Below, in pieces: positions 18,162-28,485 of a stretch of 64,000 bases of DNA. The stretch is from the NCBI GenBank assembly GCA_039028735.1, contig JBCCHQ010000015.1, positions 574-64,573 on the forward strand, in the 5' to 3' direction. The stretch is from Planctomycetota bacterium. GTDB lineage: Bacteria > Planctomycetota > UBA8108 > UBA1146 > JAJFFE01. The notes beneath the pieces are model-generated. The model ran no database searches and was not told the origin of the DNA. It worked only from the letters and a program-made list of their open reading frames with translations. Each line of letters starts with the position of its first letter. Positions within the stretch are counted from its first letter, which is position 1. Made by a program: the position numbers and the translations under genes.

Positions 18162-18865
18162 ATGACCTGCCCATAACGCCGATCGCGGCGTCGAAACGTC
18201 GTGATGGCTTCCTCGAGATGCGGCGGTCCAAACGCTGGCCAGTGGCACGGAGTGAAGTAGAGCTCGGCATAGGCGGACTCCCACAGCAGGAAGTCGCTGA
18301 GGCGCTGCTCGCCACCCGTCCGGATGATCAAGTCCACCGGCGGTGCCGCAGTCCGGGCGTGGTCGACCTCGCGAATCAGCGCGACGAAGTCGTCGTGAGA
18401 AGTGGTGTCCGCCGGCAGCGCTCGCGCTGCCCGAAAGATCGCATCACGCGACGAGTAGTCGATCGCAATCCTCAACAGCAGCTTGCGGCCGCGTGTACTC
18501 CGGCGTTCCGCTTCCTGCATCGCAGTGACGAGCGGCGGCGGCAGACGATCGCGACGGCCAACAAACTCGAGGCGTACCCCGTCTTCGACGCACTGCGACA
18601 AGTCATCACGAATTGCGTCCGCAAGGATCCGAAACAGCGTTTGCGTTTCGCCTCTGGGACGCGCCCAGTTGTCACTAGAAAACGCATACAGCGTGAGCAC
18701 ACCGATATCGAGCCCGGGGCAAGCCTCGATGATCCTGCGTACCGAACCGGCACCAGCACGGTGCCCCGCACTTCGCGGCTCGCCACGCCCGATGGCCCAG
18801 CGGCCATTGCCGTCCATGATGATGCCCACGTGCCAACCCAGCGGAACCAAAGCGCTTTGCATCAC
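18158..18865 (-). CDS. uppS: Isoprenyl transferase (undecaprenyl diphosphate synthase)
   Basis: Motifs GIIMDGNGRWA, LTLYAFSSDNW and RTGGEQRLSDFLLWESAYAELYF. Confidence 0.92.
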   Translation of the reverse strand: MMQSALVPLGWHVGIIMDGNGRWAIGRGEPRSAGHRAGAGSVRRIIEACPGLDIGVLTLYAFSSDNWARPRGETQTLFRILADAIRDDLSQCVEDGVRLEFVGRRDRLPPPLVTAMQEAERRSTRGRKLLLRIAIDYSSRDAIFRAARALPADTTSHDDFVALIREVDHARTAAPPVDLIIRTGGEQRLSDFLLWESAYAELYFTPCHWPAFGPPHLEEAITTFRRRDRRYGQVI

Positions 18866-19046
18866 AAAGTCCTATCGCAAAAAAGAGAAGAGCTGCCCGG
18901 CCTCGAGAGGTACCCGATTATCCCCTGCCTCGAGCCTCGCGGCAACCCTACACTTTACACAGTAAAGCGCTTCGCTTGCAGCAACCCTAACCCTGAAGGG
19001 CAGTTACGGTCGTCGCAGAAAAGTCACCGAAGCAGCGCTGAGGCCT

Positions 19047-21926
19047 CTAACCTGACGGAGACGCGGCTGACAAGCGCTCGATCCCACGGCGCGCGCGGTC
19101 CGCGTGCACGCCGGAATCGGAGATCGAGAGGACTTTGTCGAAGCATTGCTTGGCACGGCGACGGTCGTCGCCAGTGTCGTAGCCTAGGTAGACCTCACCG
19201 AGCAGCAGATAGAGCGCAGCTGCCCGCGAGAAACGCCCGATCGCCGCTCGCAGGTCCGCTGCCAATGCGTCGCGGTTGGCAGCACTGACCGCTTCCAAGC
19301 GAGCACTGAAACTCGCGCGGAGGTCGAAGAACGGTGCACTCTGCGAGTCAACAACGAACGGAGCAGCAACCGTGGCCAAGTCCTCCATACGGTCGGCGGC
19401 GGCCAACTGCATGTACACTTCGTATCGCAGGTAGATATTCTTGCGTTCGGCTTCGAGGTGCGCAATCAGCGGTGCAGTGTCTCGATCGGCGATCAGCGCC
19501 CGCAAGGGCGCTTCCGAGTAGTCGCCCAACCGCGCGCGCAACGCAGTCGCGTCGAGGCCCAACAGGAACTTGCGCCCCTCCACTTTGTCCAGTACTTCCT
19601 CAATCGGCTTCCAGAAACCGTCGTCATCGTAGAGCGTGCTCGAAATCATGGCTGCGGGTGAGAACATCGCGACATAGTTGTTCCCCGGCAGACCGAACGC
19701 CCTATGGGGAAGGCCGTGCGGCCAGGCGCGACCCGCCACCCATTCTGCGCCCTCTGCGAGCAACGCTTCCGAAACGAGAGCGACCAGCAGCGCAAATCCA
19801 CTAGGCGTCACGGCGTGTCCATGACGCAACCACTCAGTCAACGCAGCGTCGACATCGCGTTTCGTGCGTGGCAACTCGCGACCGTGCTGTTCTTGCGCCA
19901 GCTTGTGGCAAGCGGCTGCGAAAGCAGCTACGGATTCGCGAGTCGAGAACAGCTCCGCCACTTCGGCCTTCGCCATCGCGGCCGCGGCGATCGAATTCAG
20001 CGTCGATACCTCGAACGGCATCGTTTGCGGACCCTTCTCGCGGACAACCGCCAGATCGACCTCGTAGATTGCAGCACCACTGCTAGCGCCCTTGGCCGGC
20101 GCCGCCGGTGCGCCGAGAAGGGTCAAACGCGACTCGACGAGATCAACACCAATGAAGCCCGGACCACTGATCAACAACTCAGGATCCGACTTGCCGGTCA
20201 CGAGATAGACCCCGTTGATGCCGCCTTCCGGGCGCCCGGTGACGATCCAGCCAGTCGGAGCCGGTCCGACGTGGCGCAACCACCACACTCCGCAAGGTTG
20301 CTCCTTGCCTGCCGCATCGCGCTGGACACACGGGACCGGATCGGCCCAGAACCAGCTGCGGTCGATCTCCAGCGGGCGGCGCGCGATGAAGACACGATCA
20401 CCGCTCCCCGATGACGCAATGTAGGTAGTGATCGAGAGCGAGTCAGCGCGAGCAACTTCCTCAGCGTCAGTGGCGTCGCCATCGGGCTGCGCGATCAGCT
20501 GCTCGGGCCCCTTGGGTGGCAGCCCGGTAAACCCTACGCGGACGGCCGCGGCTGCTCGCCGAACTACCAGCAGCGACGATTGAAGGCGAGCTCGATAACG
20601 TCCGGCCGGCTGCGAAGTCTTCCAAGAATCGTCCTTGTAGATGTAGAGCGAGTCGCCGAAGCGCATATGGACCTCACCTGCGTCTACGACCACGTCGCCG
20701 CCGACGAACGTGGTGTCGTTGTTGCGATGAATGTCGACGACGGCGCCGTCGGGCTTGACCCGCTGCACACCACGCTTGCCATAGACGATGAAGTCAGCGC
20801 CATCACGGTCACAGCCACGGGCGCCGATCGCCGGCGCCGTGCCCAGCCACTTTGCCGTCGACAGCCAAGCGTCGATGGCTGGCGCAGCCTGCGGTAGGTC
20901 GGTTCCGTCAGCACGCGACGCGGGCGCATCGAAAGCTGTGACTTCCGCAAAGACCTCCACTGACAATCCCTCGAGCCACTGCTCCCACAGCGGCTCAGCC
21001 ACCTTTCTCGGCAGCATCGTGTTGAGCCGAAACTCGGCACATCGTGCGTGCACCGGTACCACTAGTGAGAACGACGTACGCTTCCCGTCTTCTGCAACGC
21101 CAATCAGTTCGGTCGCCGCGACGTCTCCCAAGTTGCGCGGACGTCGCGCAACCTCCTTGTAGTGATCGAACTGGCCCTGAAAATACGGCTCCAGCGCTTC
21201 TATGTGCTCCTGTGCGGACGTGTTCTTGAGCTCGAATCCATAGAATGCAGCTTCCTCGGCGTCTTCCTCGACGGCGAAGAAACCCGAGGTGTCCTCGATC
21301 GTTCCCCAAAGGCCGGGCCGGTACGTAACCTGCACGCGACCCCAGTCGCGCCGCAAGTCTGCCTTCTTCACCTGCACACCCTTGATCCACTCCGAGCTCC
21401 GTCGCGGGAAACGAAATCGGCTCAGGATTTCCTCGAGCGCCCCCTCGACCTCCTTCTCATGAGCCGCCAAGCCATAGGCGTAGCACAGATACTGCAGCCC
21501 GTCTTGCACGACGACAGCAAGAGCGTAGCGAACCTTCAGTCCACCTTCTTTGAGCGTCAGATTTCCGCTCACAACCACCGGCCCACTGTCCCGCACCAAA
21601 GTGGGGTCGCCAGAGCTGAGCGTCTTGATGTGCGCCGCGGAAGTAATCCCGTCGACCCAGGCGTTGTAGGTGTGAACCGCAGCTTCTGCGTAGTCGTAGG
21701 CCGTTACCTGCTCGATGACGATGCAGCGCGCGCGCTTGCTGCGGAACTGATCCGGTCCCAGGCCTGCGATGTGCTCTTCACGCTTCCAGTCGCCACGAAG
21801 CTGGATCCGTGCTCCATGCTCCCCAACCTCGAAAGTCTTGGCGAGAGACGTCGATGGGGCCAGGAGAGAGAACGCAGCCAGAAGCAGCGAGCAGACGATC
21901 GATCGTCGAAGGTGTGGGTTTCGCAA
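19047..21926 (-). CDS. Large secreted hypothetical protein (959 aa)
   Basis: Long uninterrupted ORF with a TTG start and the signal peptide MRNPHLRRSIVCSLLLAAFSLLAPSTSLA. I recognised no catalytic or family motif. There is a possible TPR-like helix pair at the extreme C-terminus. Confidence 0.6.
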   Translation of the reverse strand: MRNPHLRRSIVCSLLLAAFSLLAPSTSLAKTFEVGEHGARIQLRGDWKREEHIAGLGPDQFRSKRARCIVIEQVTAYDYAEAAVHTYNAWVDGITSAAHIKTLSSGDPTLVRDSGPVVVSGNLTLKEGGLKVRYALAVVVQDGLQYLCYAYGLAAHEKEVEGALEEILSRFRFPRRSSEWIKGVQVKKADLRRDWGRVQVTYRPGLWGTIEDTSGFFAVEEDAEEAAFYGFELKNTSAQEHIEALEPYFQGQFDHYKEVARRPRNLGDVAATELIGVAEDGKRTSFSLVVPVHARCAEFRLNTMLPRKVAEPLWEQWLEGLSVEVFAEVTAFDAPASRADGTDLPQAAPAIDAWLSTAKWLGTAPAIGARGCDRDGADFIVYGKRGVQRVKPDGAVVDIHRNNDTTFVGGDVVVDAGEVHMRFGDSLYIYKDDSWKTSQPAGRYRARLQSSLLVVRRAAAAVRVGFTGLPPKGPEQLIAQPDGDATDAEEVARADSLSITTYIASSGSGDRVFIARRPLEIDRSWFWADPVPCVQRDAAGKEQPCGVWWLRHVGPAPTGWIVTGRPEGGINGVYLVTGKSDPELLISGPGFIGVDLVESRLTLLGAPAAPAKGASSGAAIYEVDLAVVREKGPQTMPFEVSTLNSIAAAAMAKAEVAELFSTRESVAAFAAACHKLAQEQHGRELPRTKRDVDAALTEWLRHGHAVTPSGFALLVALVSEALLAEGAEWVAGRAWPHGLPHRAFGLPGNNYVAMFSPAAMISSTLYDDDGFWKPIEEVLDKVEGRKFLLGLDATALRARLGDYSEAPLRALIADRDTAPLIAHLEAERKNIYLRYEVYMQLAAADRMEDLATVAAPFVVDSQSAPFFDLRASFSARLEAVSAANRDALAADLRAAIGRFSRAAALYLLLGEVYLGYDTGDDRRRAKQCFDKVLSISDSGVHADRARRGIERLSAASPSG

Positions 21927-22075
21927 CGGGGAGCCTCTTCACATCAGGAGCCTGGGGAATACAGCACAGAACGCCATAGCTATAGCGCATGCTCGCCAGC
22001 CCCGCCAGCGGAGTTGGGTGGTTGGACGCATGTCGTGCGATGTGAAGCCCGCTGGCGTGACGGATCTACGGCGAC

Positions 22076-25000
22076 CTAGCGCACGGGGCGCGTCTGGTAC
22101 TGCTGGAGGTAGTCGAGATATTCGCGCGTCCGCGGTGCCTCAGCCGCTGCGGGCGGATACGCAGACATCGCGCGAAACGGGAGTGGCTCGAGTGTCGTAC
22201 GCCCCTGGTTGTGGTACGCGGTCTCTTTCGCCCAGCCGCTGACCCGCAGAAAGTAAGTGCGCTGTGCACCCGACGCTGGTGCCGGCGGGGCGTCGAAAGT
22301 CACCTCGACAGCATCGCCAGTGACAATCACGACCAATTGATCATCGTGTGCATGCAAGAGCGGCGTCACATCGCCGTAGCGAGTCGACATTCCGGGCGCA
22401 CGCCCATAGTCGTCATTGGGAGCGTTGTCTTCGAAATGATAGGTCTCTTCGTGCAGCGCTGTGTCGCCAGAGATACGGGCATAGCCAAACGGAGCCAGCT
22501 CTGCACCCGCTACCTGCAGCACGTGCTGCACGAGTTCGGTCCCATCGCTGAGGGTCATGGTGGCGTCGTGCTCGGGCATGGTCTGGCGCTGCCGTTGTGA
22601 AGCGAACTGGACCTGGTCCCACAACAACCGGTGATGCCCGGTGATCCGGAGCTGCGAACCGGCGGCCAGCAGCTCGCCAGTTGGCTGCAGATCACAGACG
22701 ATCGTTCGATCCATGCCTGCCGGCAGCCCGAGGTCGGGCACGAGCTCCTCGTAGACGCGACCAGAAACAGCACTACCGATCGCGTCCTGGGTCAGCAGCT
22801 TCTCGAGGCGTAGCGGCCCCCACTCTTTGCCACTCTGGTGCGCCGAATAGGCAACCCCGGAGTCGTACCAAGACACGCGACCCGTGAGCAAGATGGTCTG
22901 CGCTGCCGCCGCTGTCGTCAGCTCCATCGTGTGGGGCGGAACCCACCCACGCATCTGGGTCGACAGATCCGCATACGGGTGTACGAACTCGAGGTCACGA
23001 TTGCGCAGCGATTCGGTAACAGTGCGGGCGCCAGACAGCTCGACCTTGGCTGGGCTCGCCAAGTCTTCGTTGCGAATCACGTAGAGATGTAGCGGATCAT
23101 AAGCGCCTTGCCGCGTACTCTCGTCGACGAACAAGGAACTGGCCTCCGGATGGTCGATCGCGATCAGCTCGAGACGATCGAGGTACGCGGTCTCGCGCAG
23201 TTCCTCGGTGACAGCCAGCCTCAGCTTGCCATCGCGAACAGCCAACAGATCGCCCTCGATCCGCACGAACTCCTCCGGATCCAGTGGCCCAGTGACCCCC
23301 TTCGGAGTCCACTCCCCCAGCGGTGCAATCCCAAGCACGTCTGTCACGAAGTTCCAGCCATCGGGTCCCTGGCAGTACAGAAACGGACAACTCGCCGACT
23401 CACCAGACTTCTGTGGTACCCGGCAGGCCCCGTCCTTCTCGATGACCAGCTCCTTGTCGATACCTGCTTGGCGAATGCCGTTGGGCCAGCGCACCAGCAG
23501 GCCCTCGACACCGCCACGACCGCCGGCCCCCAAGCCAAGGTGTAGACCCCCGGCCTGAGCGACGAGACGACTTTGAAAGTGGCGACCGCCATAGACCTCG
23601 ACAATGACGCCCGCCCCATCGTCGTTGTCCTTGGCGCCGTCCGGGCGCAGCACGAACGACTCGTATCGCGGCGACGCTCCGCTAGCGAACACGCGCAGTC
23701 CCGCATCGGTACCAATGAGCAGCTCCAACATACCGTCGCCGGTGACGTCCGCTGTCGCCACGTTGCGCGCGCCGACAGCCGCTACGACGGGCTCTTCCTG
23801 CAGCCGCCCGCCCTTCGCGTTACGCAGGATCGACACACCGTTCGCCCCTACCAGCACGACGTCGACGTCGCCATCGTTGTCGAGGTCAGCAATCGTCGCG
23901 GCATGCACGGGCGCACATGCAATCCCGCTTCCAGAAGCTGCCGGCGCCATACGCAGCCGATACGACGCTCCCAAGTGGTCGAGGTTGCGCAGCACCGTCC
24001 ACTCCCCCGATGCCGTTGCCGCGAACACATCCGGAGCCCCGTCGTTGTCGAGATCCTCGACGAGGACGTGGCGCCACTCATTGTCAGCCGGCAGCAGCGA
24101 CACGAGCGAGAACGTGCCATCGCGGCGGTTCAAGTGGGCCGTAACACCACGAGGCCCCGCCACGACAAGGTCGAGGTCATTGGCTTGGTCCATGTCGTGT
24201 GCGGCGAACGCCCAACCGGTCGCGCCGGTGTCGGGCAGCTGCCCAAACGTCAGATCGCCGTTGTTGCGCACCAGCACGATTGGCCCGCCTGAGCCACTGG
24301 CAGCACGGATACCGAGTATGTCGAGATCCCCGTCATGATCGATATCAAAGAGTGCGCGACCTTCAACGCCCTGCATCTGCGCCCGTAGAGTGGGCTGGTC
24401 ACTGCGGTCGAAGGTCCCCGCCTTGTTGCCGCGATAAAGCTCCGCAGGCGGCAAGTAGACGTCGTCACTACCGTCGTTGTCGAAGTCGCCCACCAAGCAC
24501 GCGTTGCCGCCGGCAAAGGAGAGCCCATCGGCGGTTGGCGCATACGTTGCACCAGTGCCGGTGGATCGCACTATCCGCCACGCACCGTCGAACAGCAACA
24601 GATCCGGGCGCGGGCCGGCGCCGGTCGCATAGACACTCGAAACGTTGGTCACCGCTCCCAACGTGTCCGCCGTCACGTCTCGCCACGAGAACTTCACGCG
24701 CGGCGGTTCGTACTTCGCGCGCTCGAACGGACGCAACGTGACCCGGGTCAGATCGCACTTCTCTTTGTCGGCTTTGTCATCCGGTAACTTCTTGAATGCT
24801 GCGTCGAGGCTGCGTGCCTTTTCGACCTGGTTCAGCCGCCGAGCGACGCGCGCTGCGCGGTAGGTTGCGGCTCTGTGTCCAGGCACGATCTCGAGTACAC
24901 GGTCGAAGCTTGCCGCCGCGGCCTCCAGCTTTTCCGCGCGCGCTTCCGCATTGCCTCGCTGATACCACGCAAACGTGTGCTCCGGCAGCATGTCTGTGAC

Positions 25001-25447
25001 CACGGCGAAGCGTTCTGCGGCTTCGTCGTAGCGCTCGAGGCGCACGAGGCAAAGCCCCGTCACGTAGTGCAGCGGTGCCGGCACTTCGTCGCCATACAAT
25101 TTCTCAGCCGTCGTGGCTGCAGCAAGAGCTTCCGCGAAGCCCTTCGGTGTGAACACCTGCGTTCTGGCAAAGTTCAGGTGATCGAGAGGGCTCTGCGGAT
25201 CCGCAGCGATGACCCGGCCGAAGTGCTCAGCCGCCAGAGCGAACGCGGGCTGGGTATCGCGTTCCGCCTGCACCTTTCCCAGGTGCCGCTCGCGCAGAAG
25301 GTTCGGCGCCTCGTCTCGGTCACAACCAGCTGCGAGCAGCCACAGGGGCAGCAAGACGAAGCTCAAGAGGCGGACACGACGTAGCCCGACGAGAGACGCG
25401 GTGATCGTTGTACGGGTCATTGCAAGTTTCGGGCGACGCGACTGCAT
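22076..25447 (-). CDS. Lipoprotein with N-terminal TPR, FG-GAP/VCBS repeats, an UnbV/ASPIC-like segment and a long unknown C-terminal domain (CRTAC1-like family)
   Basis: Lipobox LLAAGC. Repeated D-x-D-x-DG-x-x-D motifs (DFDNDGSDDVY, DIDHDGDLDIL, DLDNDGAPDVF, DLDNDGDVDVV). UnbV-like segment: VIVEVYGGRHFQSR...VRWPNG. Confidence 0.8.
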   Translation of the reverse strand: MQSRRPKLAMTRTTITASLVGLRRVRLLSFVLLPLWLLAAGCDRDEAPNLLRERHLGKVQAERDTQPAFALAAEHFGRVIAADPQSPLDHLNFARTQVFTPKGFAEALAAATTAEKLYGDEVPAPLHYVTGLCLVRLERYDEAAERFAVVTDMLPEHTFAWYQRGNAEARAEKLEAAAASFDRVLEIVPGHRAATYRAARVARRLNQVEKARSLDAAFKKLPDDKADKEKCDLTRVTLRPFERAKYEPPRVKFSWRDVTADTLGAVTNVSSVYATGAGPRPDLLLFDGAWRIVRSTGTGATYAPTADGLSFAGGNACLVGDFDNDGSDDVYLPPAELYRGNKAGTFDRSDQPTLRAQMQGVEGRALFDIDHDGDLDILGIRAASGSGGPIVLVRNNGDLTFGQLPDTGATGWAFAAHDMDQANDLDLVVAGPRGVTAHLNRRDGTFSLVSLLPADNEWRHVLVEDLDNDGAPDVFAATASGEWTVLRNLDHLGASYRLRMAPAASGSGIACAPVHAATIADLDNDGDVDVVLVGANGVSILRNAKGGRLQEEPVVAAVGARNVATADVTGDGMLELLIGTDAGLRVFASGASPRYESFVLRPDGAKDNDDGAGVIVEVYGGRHFQSRLVAQAGGLHLGLGAGGRGGVEGLLVRWPNGIRQAGIDKELVIEKDGACRVPQKSGESASCPFLYCQGPDGWNFVTDVLGIAPLGEWTPKGVTGPLDPEEFVRIEGDLLAVRDGKLRLAVTEELRETAYLDRLELIAIDHPEASSLFVDESTRQGAYDPLHLYVIRNEDLASPAKVELSGARTVTESLRNRDLEFVHPYADLSTQMRGWVPPHTMELTTAAAAQTILLTGRVSWYDSGVAYSAHQSGKEWGPLRLEKLLTQDAIGSAVSGRVYEELVPDLGLPAGMDRTIVCDLQPTGELLAAGSQLRITGHHRLLWDQVQFASQRQRQTMPEHDATMTLSDGTELVQHVLQVAGAELAPFGYARISGDTALHEETYHFEDNAPNDDYGRAPGMSTRYGDVTPLLHAHDDQLVVIVTGDAVEVTFDAPPAPASGAQRTYFLRVSGWAKETAYHNQGRTTLEPLPFRAMSAYPPAAAEAPRTREYLDYLQQYQTRPVR

Positions 25448-25532
25448 TGGCTCTTCGTTTCTGTGGTTGTGAACGCGCAGGCCGGTTCTTGGCCGAACTG
25501 GCTCTCTCTACTCCTCGGTGGTCGTGGCCGCT

Positions 25533-26606
25533 CTATTCGTCTTCGGGCAACTGCCCCTGATGGATGCGAACAATCTTGCCCCCTTGGACCCAGATACTGA
25601 CAGGAATGGCGAGGCGCTCCACGTCGAAGTACTTCTGTAGCTGGCGGGCGTCGATCCGGTAAGACGGGAAGGTCAGCTTCTTCGAATCCCACAGCTTTTG
25701 GGCCACCGGAGCGCGCCCCGGCGGGTCCATGTTGATCGCCACGACGCGCGTCTTGCCAGCAGCTGCGAGTGCCTGGAGCTGGGGCAGCTCGGCGATGCAC
25801 GAAGCACAAGTCGTTGACCAGAAGTTCAACAGCACCGTGCTGTCACTGCGCAAGTCCAGCTCGACCGCAGTACCGGCCAGCGCCAACAACGATAAGTTCG
25901 GCAAGGAGTCGCCAACCTTCAGGTTCAATCCTGGAATCGGCGGATCACCGAACGTGAACGTGCGAGCTGCGTAACTGTCGAGCTTTCCGGTTCCCTCTAC
26001 CAACAGGTAGCGCCCACCTGCCTGCGCACTTCCGAAAGTCTCCTCGGTTCCTCCCGGCCAACGGACAGTTAGCGTGCCTTGCGCTGCCTTGCCGACTCCG
26101 AAGATCAGCTCGAGGTCATCCTGCGCTTCGAAGCCGCTACCGCAACACACGGGCTGCGCCTGCACGCGACCATCGACGCGCAACTTGACGATGGCGCCGA
26201 TGGCTTGCAGATTGCCGCTCTTTGCGCGCAGGCGAACCTTGATCGATCGGTTGCCTTGACTGCTTCCGACATCGTTGCGGTACAGCAAATGGGTCTCGCG
26301 CTGGATCGCATTCACGAACAGGTCGGGATCCCCGTCATCGTCGAAATCAGCAACGACCGTCGCGCGGCAATCCATGTCACTGTCGGCGCCAGACACGTCG
26401 GAAAGATCCAGATAGTGCATCCCCGCCCGACCCAAGAACACTTTGTTGCGCTCGAAGCCACTAAACGACAAGCCTTCCTGAAAAATCAAACCCATGTGAT
26501 CGGCTTGATAGCGTTGGCTGCCGGTCTCCTGCTCACGGATATTCGCCTTCTTCTGCAGGCTTGCCGCCACCGCCTTGTCGTCGGTCTCAGCCAGTGTCGA
26601 CGCCAC
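25533..26606 (-). CDS. C-terminal fragment of a CRTAC1-like protein: last FG-GAP repeat, UnbV/ASPIC domain and TlpA-like thioredoxin domain. It is in frame with 26628..28367 across one TGA.
   Basis: FG-GAP repeat DFDDDGDPDLF. UnbV segment: IKVRLRAKSGNLQAIGAIVKL...LTVRWPGG. Thioredoxin CxxC in LLNFWSTTCASC. The GTG 'start' has no SD and lies 7 codons after the upstream TGA (see findings). Confidence 0.6.
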   Translation of the reverse strand: MASTLAETDDKAVAASLQKKANIREQETGSQRYQADHMGLIFQEGLSFSGFERNKVFLGRAGMHYLDLSDVSGADSDMDCRATVVADFDDDGDPDLFVNAIQRETHLLYRNDVGSSQGNRSIKVRLRAKSGNLQAIGAIVKLRVDGRVQAQPVCCGSGFEAQDDLELIFGVGKAAQGTLTVRWPGGTEETFGSAQAGGRYLLVEGTGKLDSYAARTFTFGDPPIPGLNLKVGDSLPNLSLLALAGTAVELDLRSDSTVLLNFWSTTCASCIAELPQLQALAAAGKTRVVAINMDPPGRAPVAQKLWDSKKLTFPSYRIDARQLQKYFDVERLAIPVSIWVQGGKIVRIHQGQLPEDE

Positions 26607-26627
26607 AACGTGACGCCAGTAGACGCT

Positions 26628-28367
26628 TCATGTGTCCTTCAGAGAATCTCCAGAAATGAAGCCGTTGGCTACGTAGATGTCCTGCGTACCGTCGAGGTCG
26701 ATATCGAGAATCGATGCACTCCACGCCCACGACGCGCCGATTCCGCCATGATCGGCAGGCAGGCGCTCGAAGCGGTGATCTGCCGTTTGCCGGAAGATCG
26801 TGTTGCCCGCGGCCAGCTTGTAGAGCGTTCGCTCCACGTCCGAGCCGTTTGCTTGCGCCATGCGACTGAGGATCCGCTTGCCGGCCGACGATGACATGTT
26901 TGAAACATACAGATCGAGACGACCGTCGTTGTCCAGATCTCCCCAAGCAACGCCCATCCCATTCCCAGTATCGAGAACACCGAGCTCAGTCGCGACCTCT
27001 TCGAAGGTCCCGTCGCCGCGGTTGCGATACAAGCAATTGTCTCCGTAGTCGTTTGCAACATAGAGATCTTGGTCGCCATCTTCATCGTAGTCTGCGAAGG
27101 CTGCGGCGTAGCTCCAACGATTGCCGGCGACGCCGGCCTCTTCTGACGCTTCGCGAAAGCCCTTTCCCTCGTGGTTCAGGAACAACGCGTTGGGCTTGCC
27201 GTTCGTGGCGGCGAACCAGCTATTGGGATACTCAGCGTCCAAGCGGTTGTAGTTGCAGACGAAGATATCGAGCCAACCGTCATTGTTGACGTCCGCGGCA
27301 CAGACACCAAACGCTGCCGAATAGTGGCTTCCCAGCCCGACCTGCAAGGAAACGTCTTCGAAACGACCGATCCCGTCATTGCGAAACAAGCGCAGCGAAC
27401 TCCCGTTGGGTACGTCGTCGTCAATCCAACCCACCGAAGCACAAAAGAGGTCGACGTCCCCATCATTGTCATAGTCGAGAAAGAGTGATCCAGTGATCGC
27501 CATGAGATCGGTGAGCCCCGAGACCGCCGCAACTTCATGAAACTTGCCGTCGCCCGCATTGCGATAGAGGTAGCTACGCTGGGCAGTGGTCGTGAAGATG
27601 TCGGCGTCCCCATCGCCATCGATGTCGCCAGCGATCGCGCCGCGCCAATAGAAGTTCGAGTTGCCCTTCGTACCCAGGCGTGGCGTCAGCAGGCCGACAT
27701 CTGCCGCAACGGAAACTTCCGTGAACAACGGAGCCGGCCGCTGCTGTAGCTGCAACGAGACCAGGTAGAACGCGTTCAACTTCCAGGCGCCGGCCTCCAA
27801 ACGCACTTCGGCGAAGGCCGCGCCATTGAGCGCCCACGGGGCCCGTGCCGCGGCCCGCCCGATCACCTGCACGGTCATCCGCAGCAGACCACGCTTGCCT
27901 TCCGTGTCGAACTCCGCAGCTCGAGTCTTGAAGAACGCGCGCTCGATCACCTCCAGCGGCTGGAGGATCCGTTCCAGTGAAGCGACAAACGGTCCTGCTG
28001 CGACCGGCTCGATGTCGTCGAACGGCGGATAGTCGTTGCGCGTGACACCGACAGCGAGCTGCGTCTGAACGCCCTCTCCGTCCGGGAACGGGAGCCCCTC
28101 GAACGTCGGCGCCAAGTACGAGGACGCGGCCTCGTAGTCGCGTCGTCGCACGGCATCGGAGAACTCGATCAAGCGGTTGGCAACCGCTTCGCTGAGATCT
28201 TCAACCTGCTCCAGATCCGTGAGCACCGAAGGCAACGCTTCGAGGCGCGGGTGAGAAGGTGTACCAGAGCGGCTCTTCGGACGCTCACAGCTGGTCAGAC
28301 TGACGGCACACAACGCGATGCCGACAAGTGCTACGGCGAAGCGCCGCATCGAGGAGGGAAAGTTCAT
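26628..28367 (-). CDS. N-terminal fragment of a CRTAC1-like lipoprotein (FG-GAP/VCBS repeats), ending at an in-frame TGA
   Basis: ORF trimmed to the ATG at 28367 (MNFPSSMRRFAVALVGIALCAVSLTSC, with a lipobox), preceded by GGAGA. FG-GAP repeats: DIDGDGDADIF, DYDNDGDVDLF, DVNNDGWLDIF, DYDEDGDQDLY, DLDNDGRLDLY, DIDLDGTQDIY. Confidence 0.75.
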   Translation of the reverse strand: MNFPSSMRRFAVALVGIALCAVSLTSCERPKSRSGTPSHPRLEALPSVLTDLEQVEDLSEAVANRLIEFSDAVRRRDYEAASSYLAPTFEGLPFPDGEGVQTQLAVGVTRNDYPPFDDIEPVAAGPFVASLERILQPLEVIERAFFKTRAAEFDTEGKRGLLRMTVQVIGRAAARAPWALNGAAFAEVRLEAGAWKLNAFYLVSLQLQQRPAPLFTEVSVAADVGLLTPRLGTKGNSNFYWRGAIAGDIDGDGDADIFTTTAQRSYLYRNAGDGKFHEVAAVSGLTDLMAITGSLFLDYDNDGDVDLFCASVGWIDDDVPNGSSLRLFRNDGIGRFEDVSLQVGLGSHYSAAFGVCAADVNNDGWLDIFVCNYNRLDAEYPNSWFAATNGKPNALFLNHEGKGFREASEEAGVAGNRWSYAAAFADYDEDGDQDLYVANDYGDNCLYRNRGDGTFEEVATELGVLDTGNGMGVAWGDLDNDGRLDLYVSNMSSSAGKRILSRMAQANGSDVERTLYKLAAGNTIFRQTADHRFERLPADHGGIGASWAWSASILDIDLDGTQDIYVANGFISGDSLKDT

Positions 28368-28485
28368 GGTCTCCGAGTCAGTTGAATCGACGAGTTCGCC
28401 CCGCACCTTTTCCGTGATCGTCAATTCTACCGCCTCTAGACAACGAAGAAAGAGCACCTGCGCGCCGGCGGGTTCGGCGGCTCAT

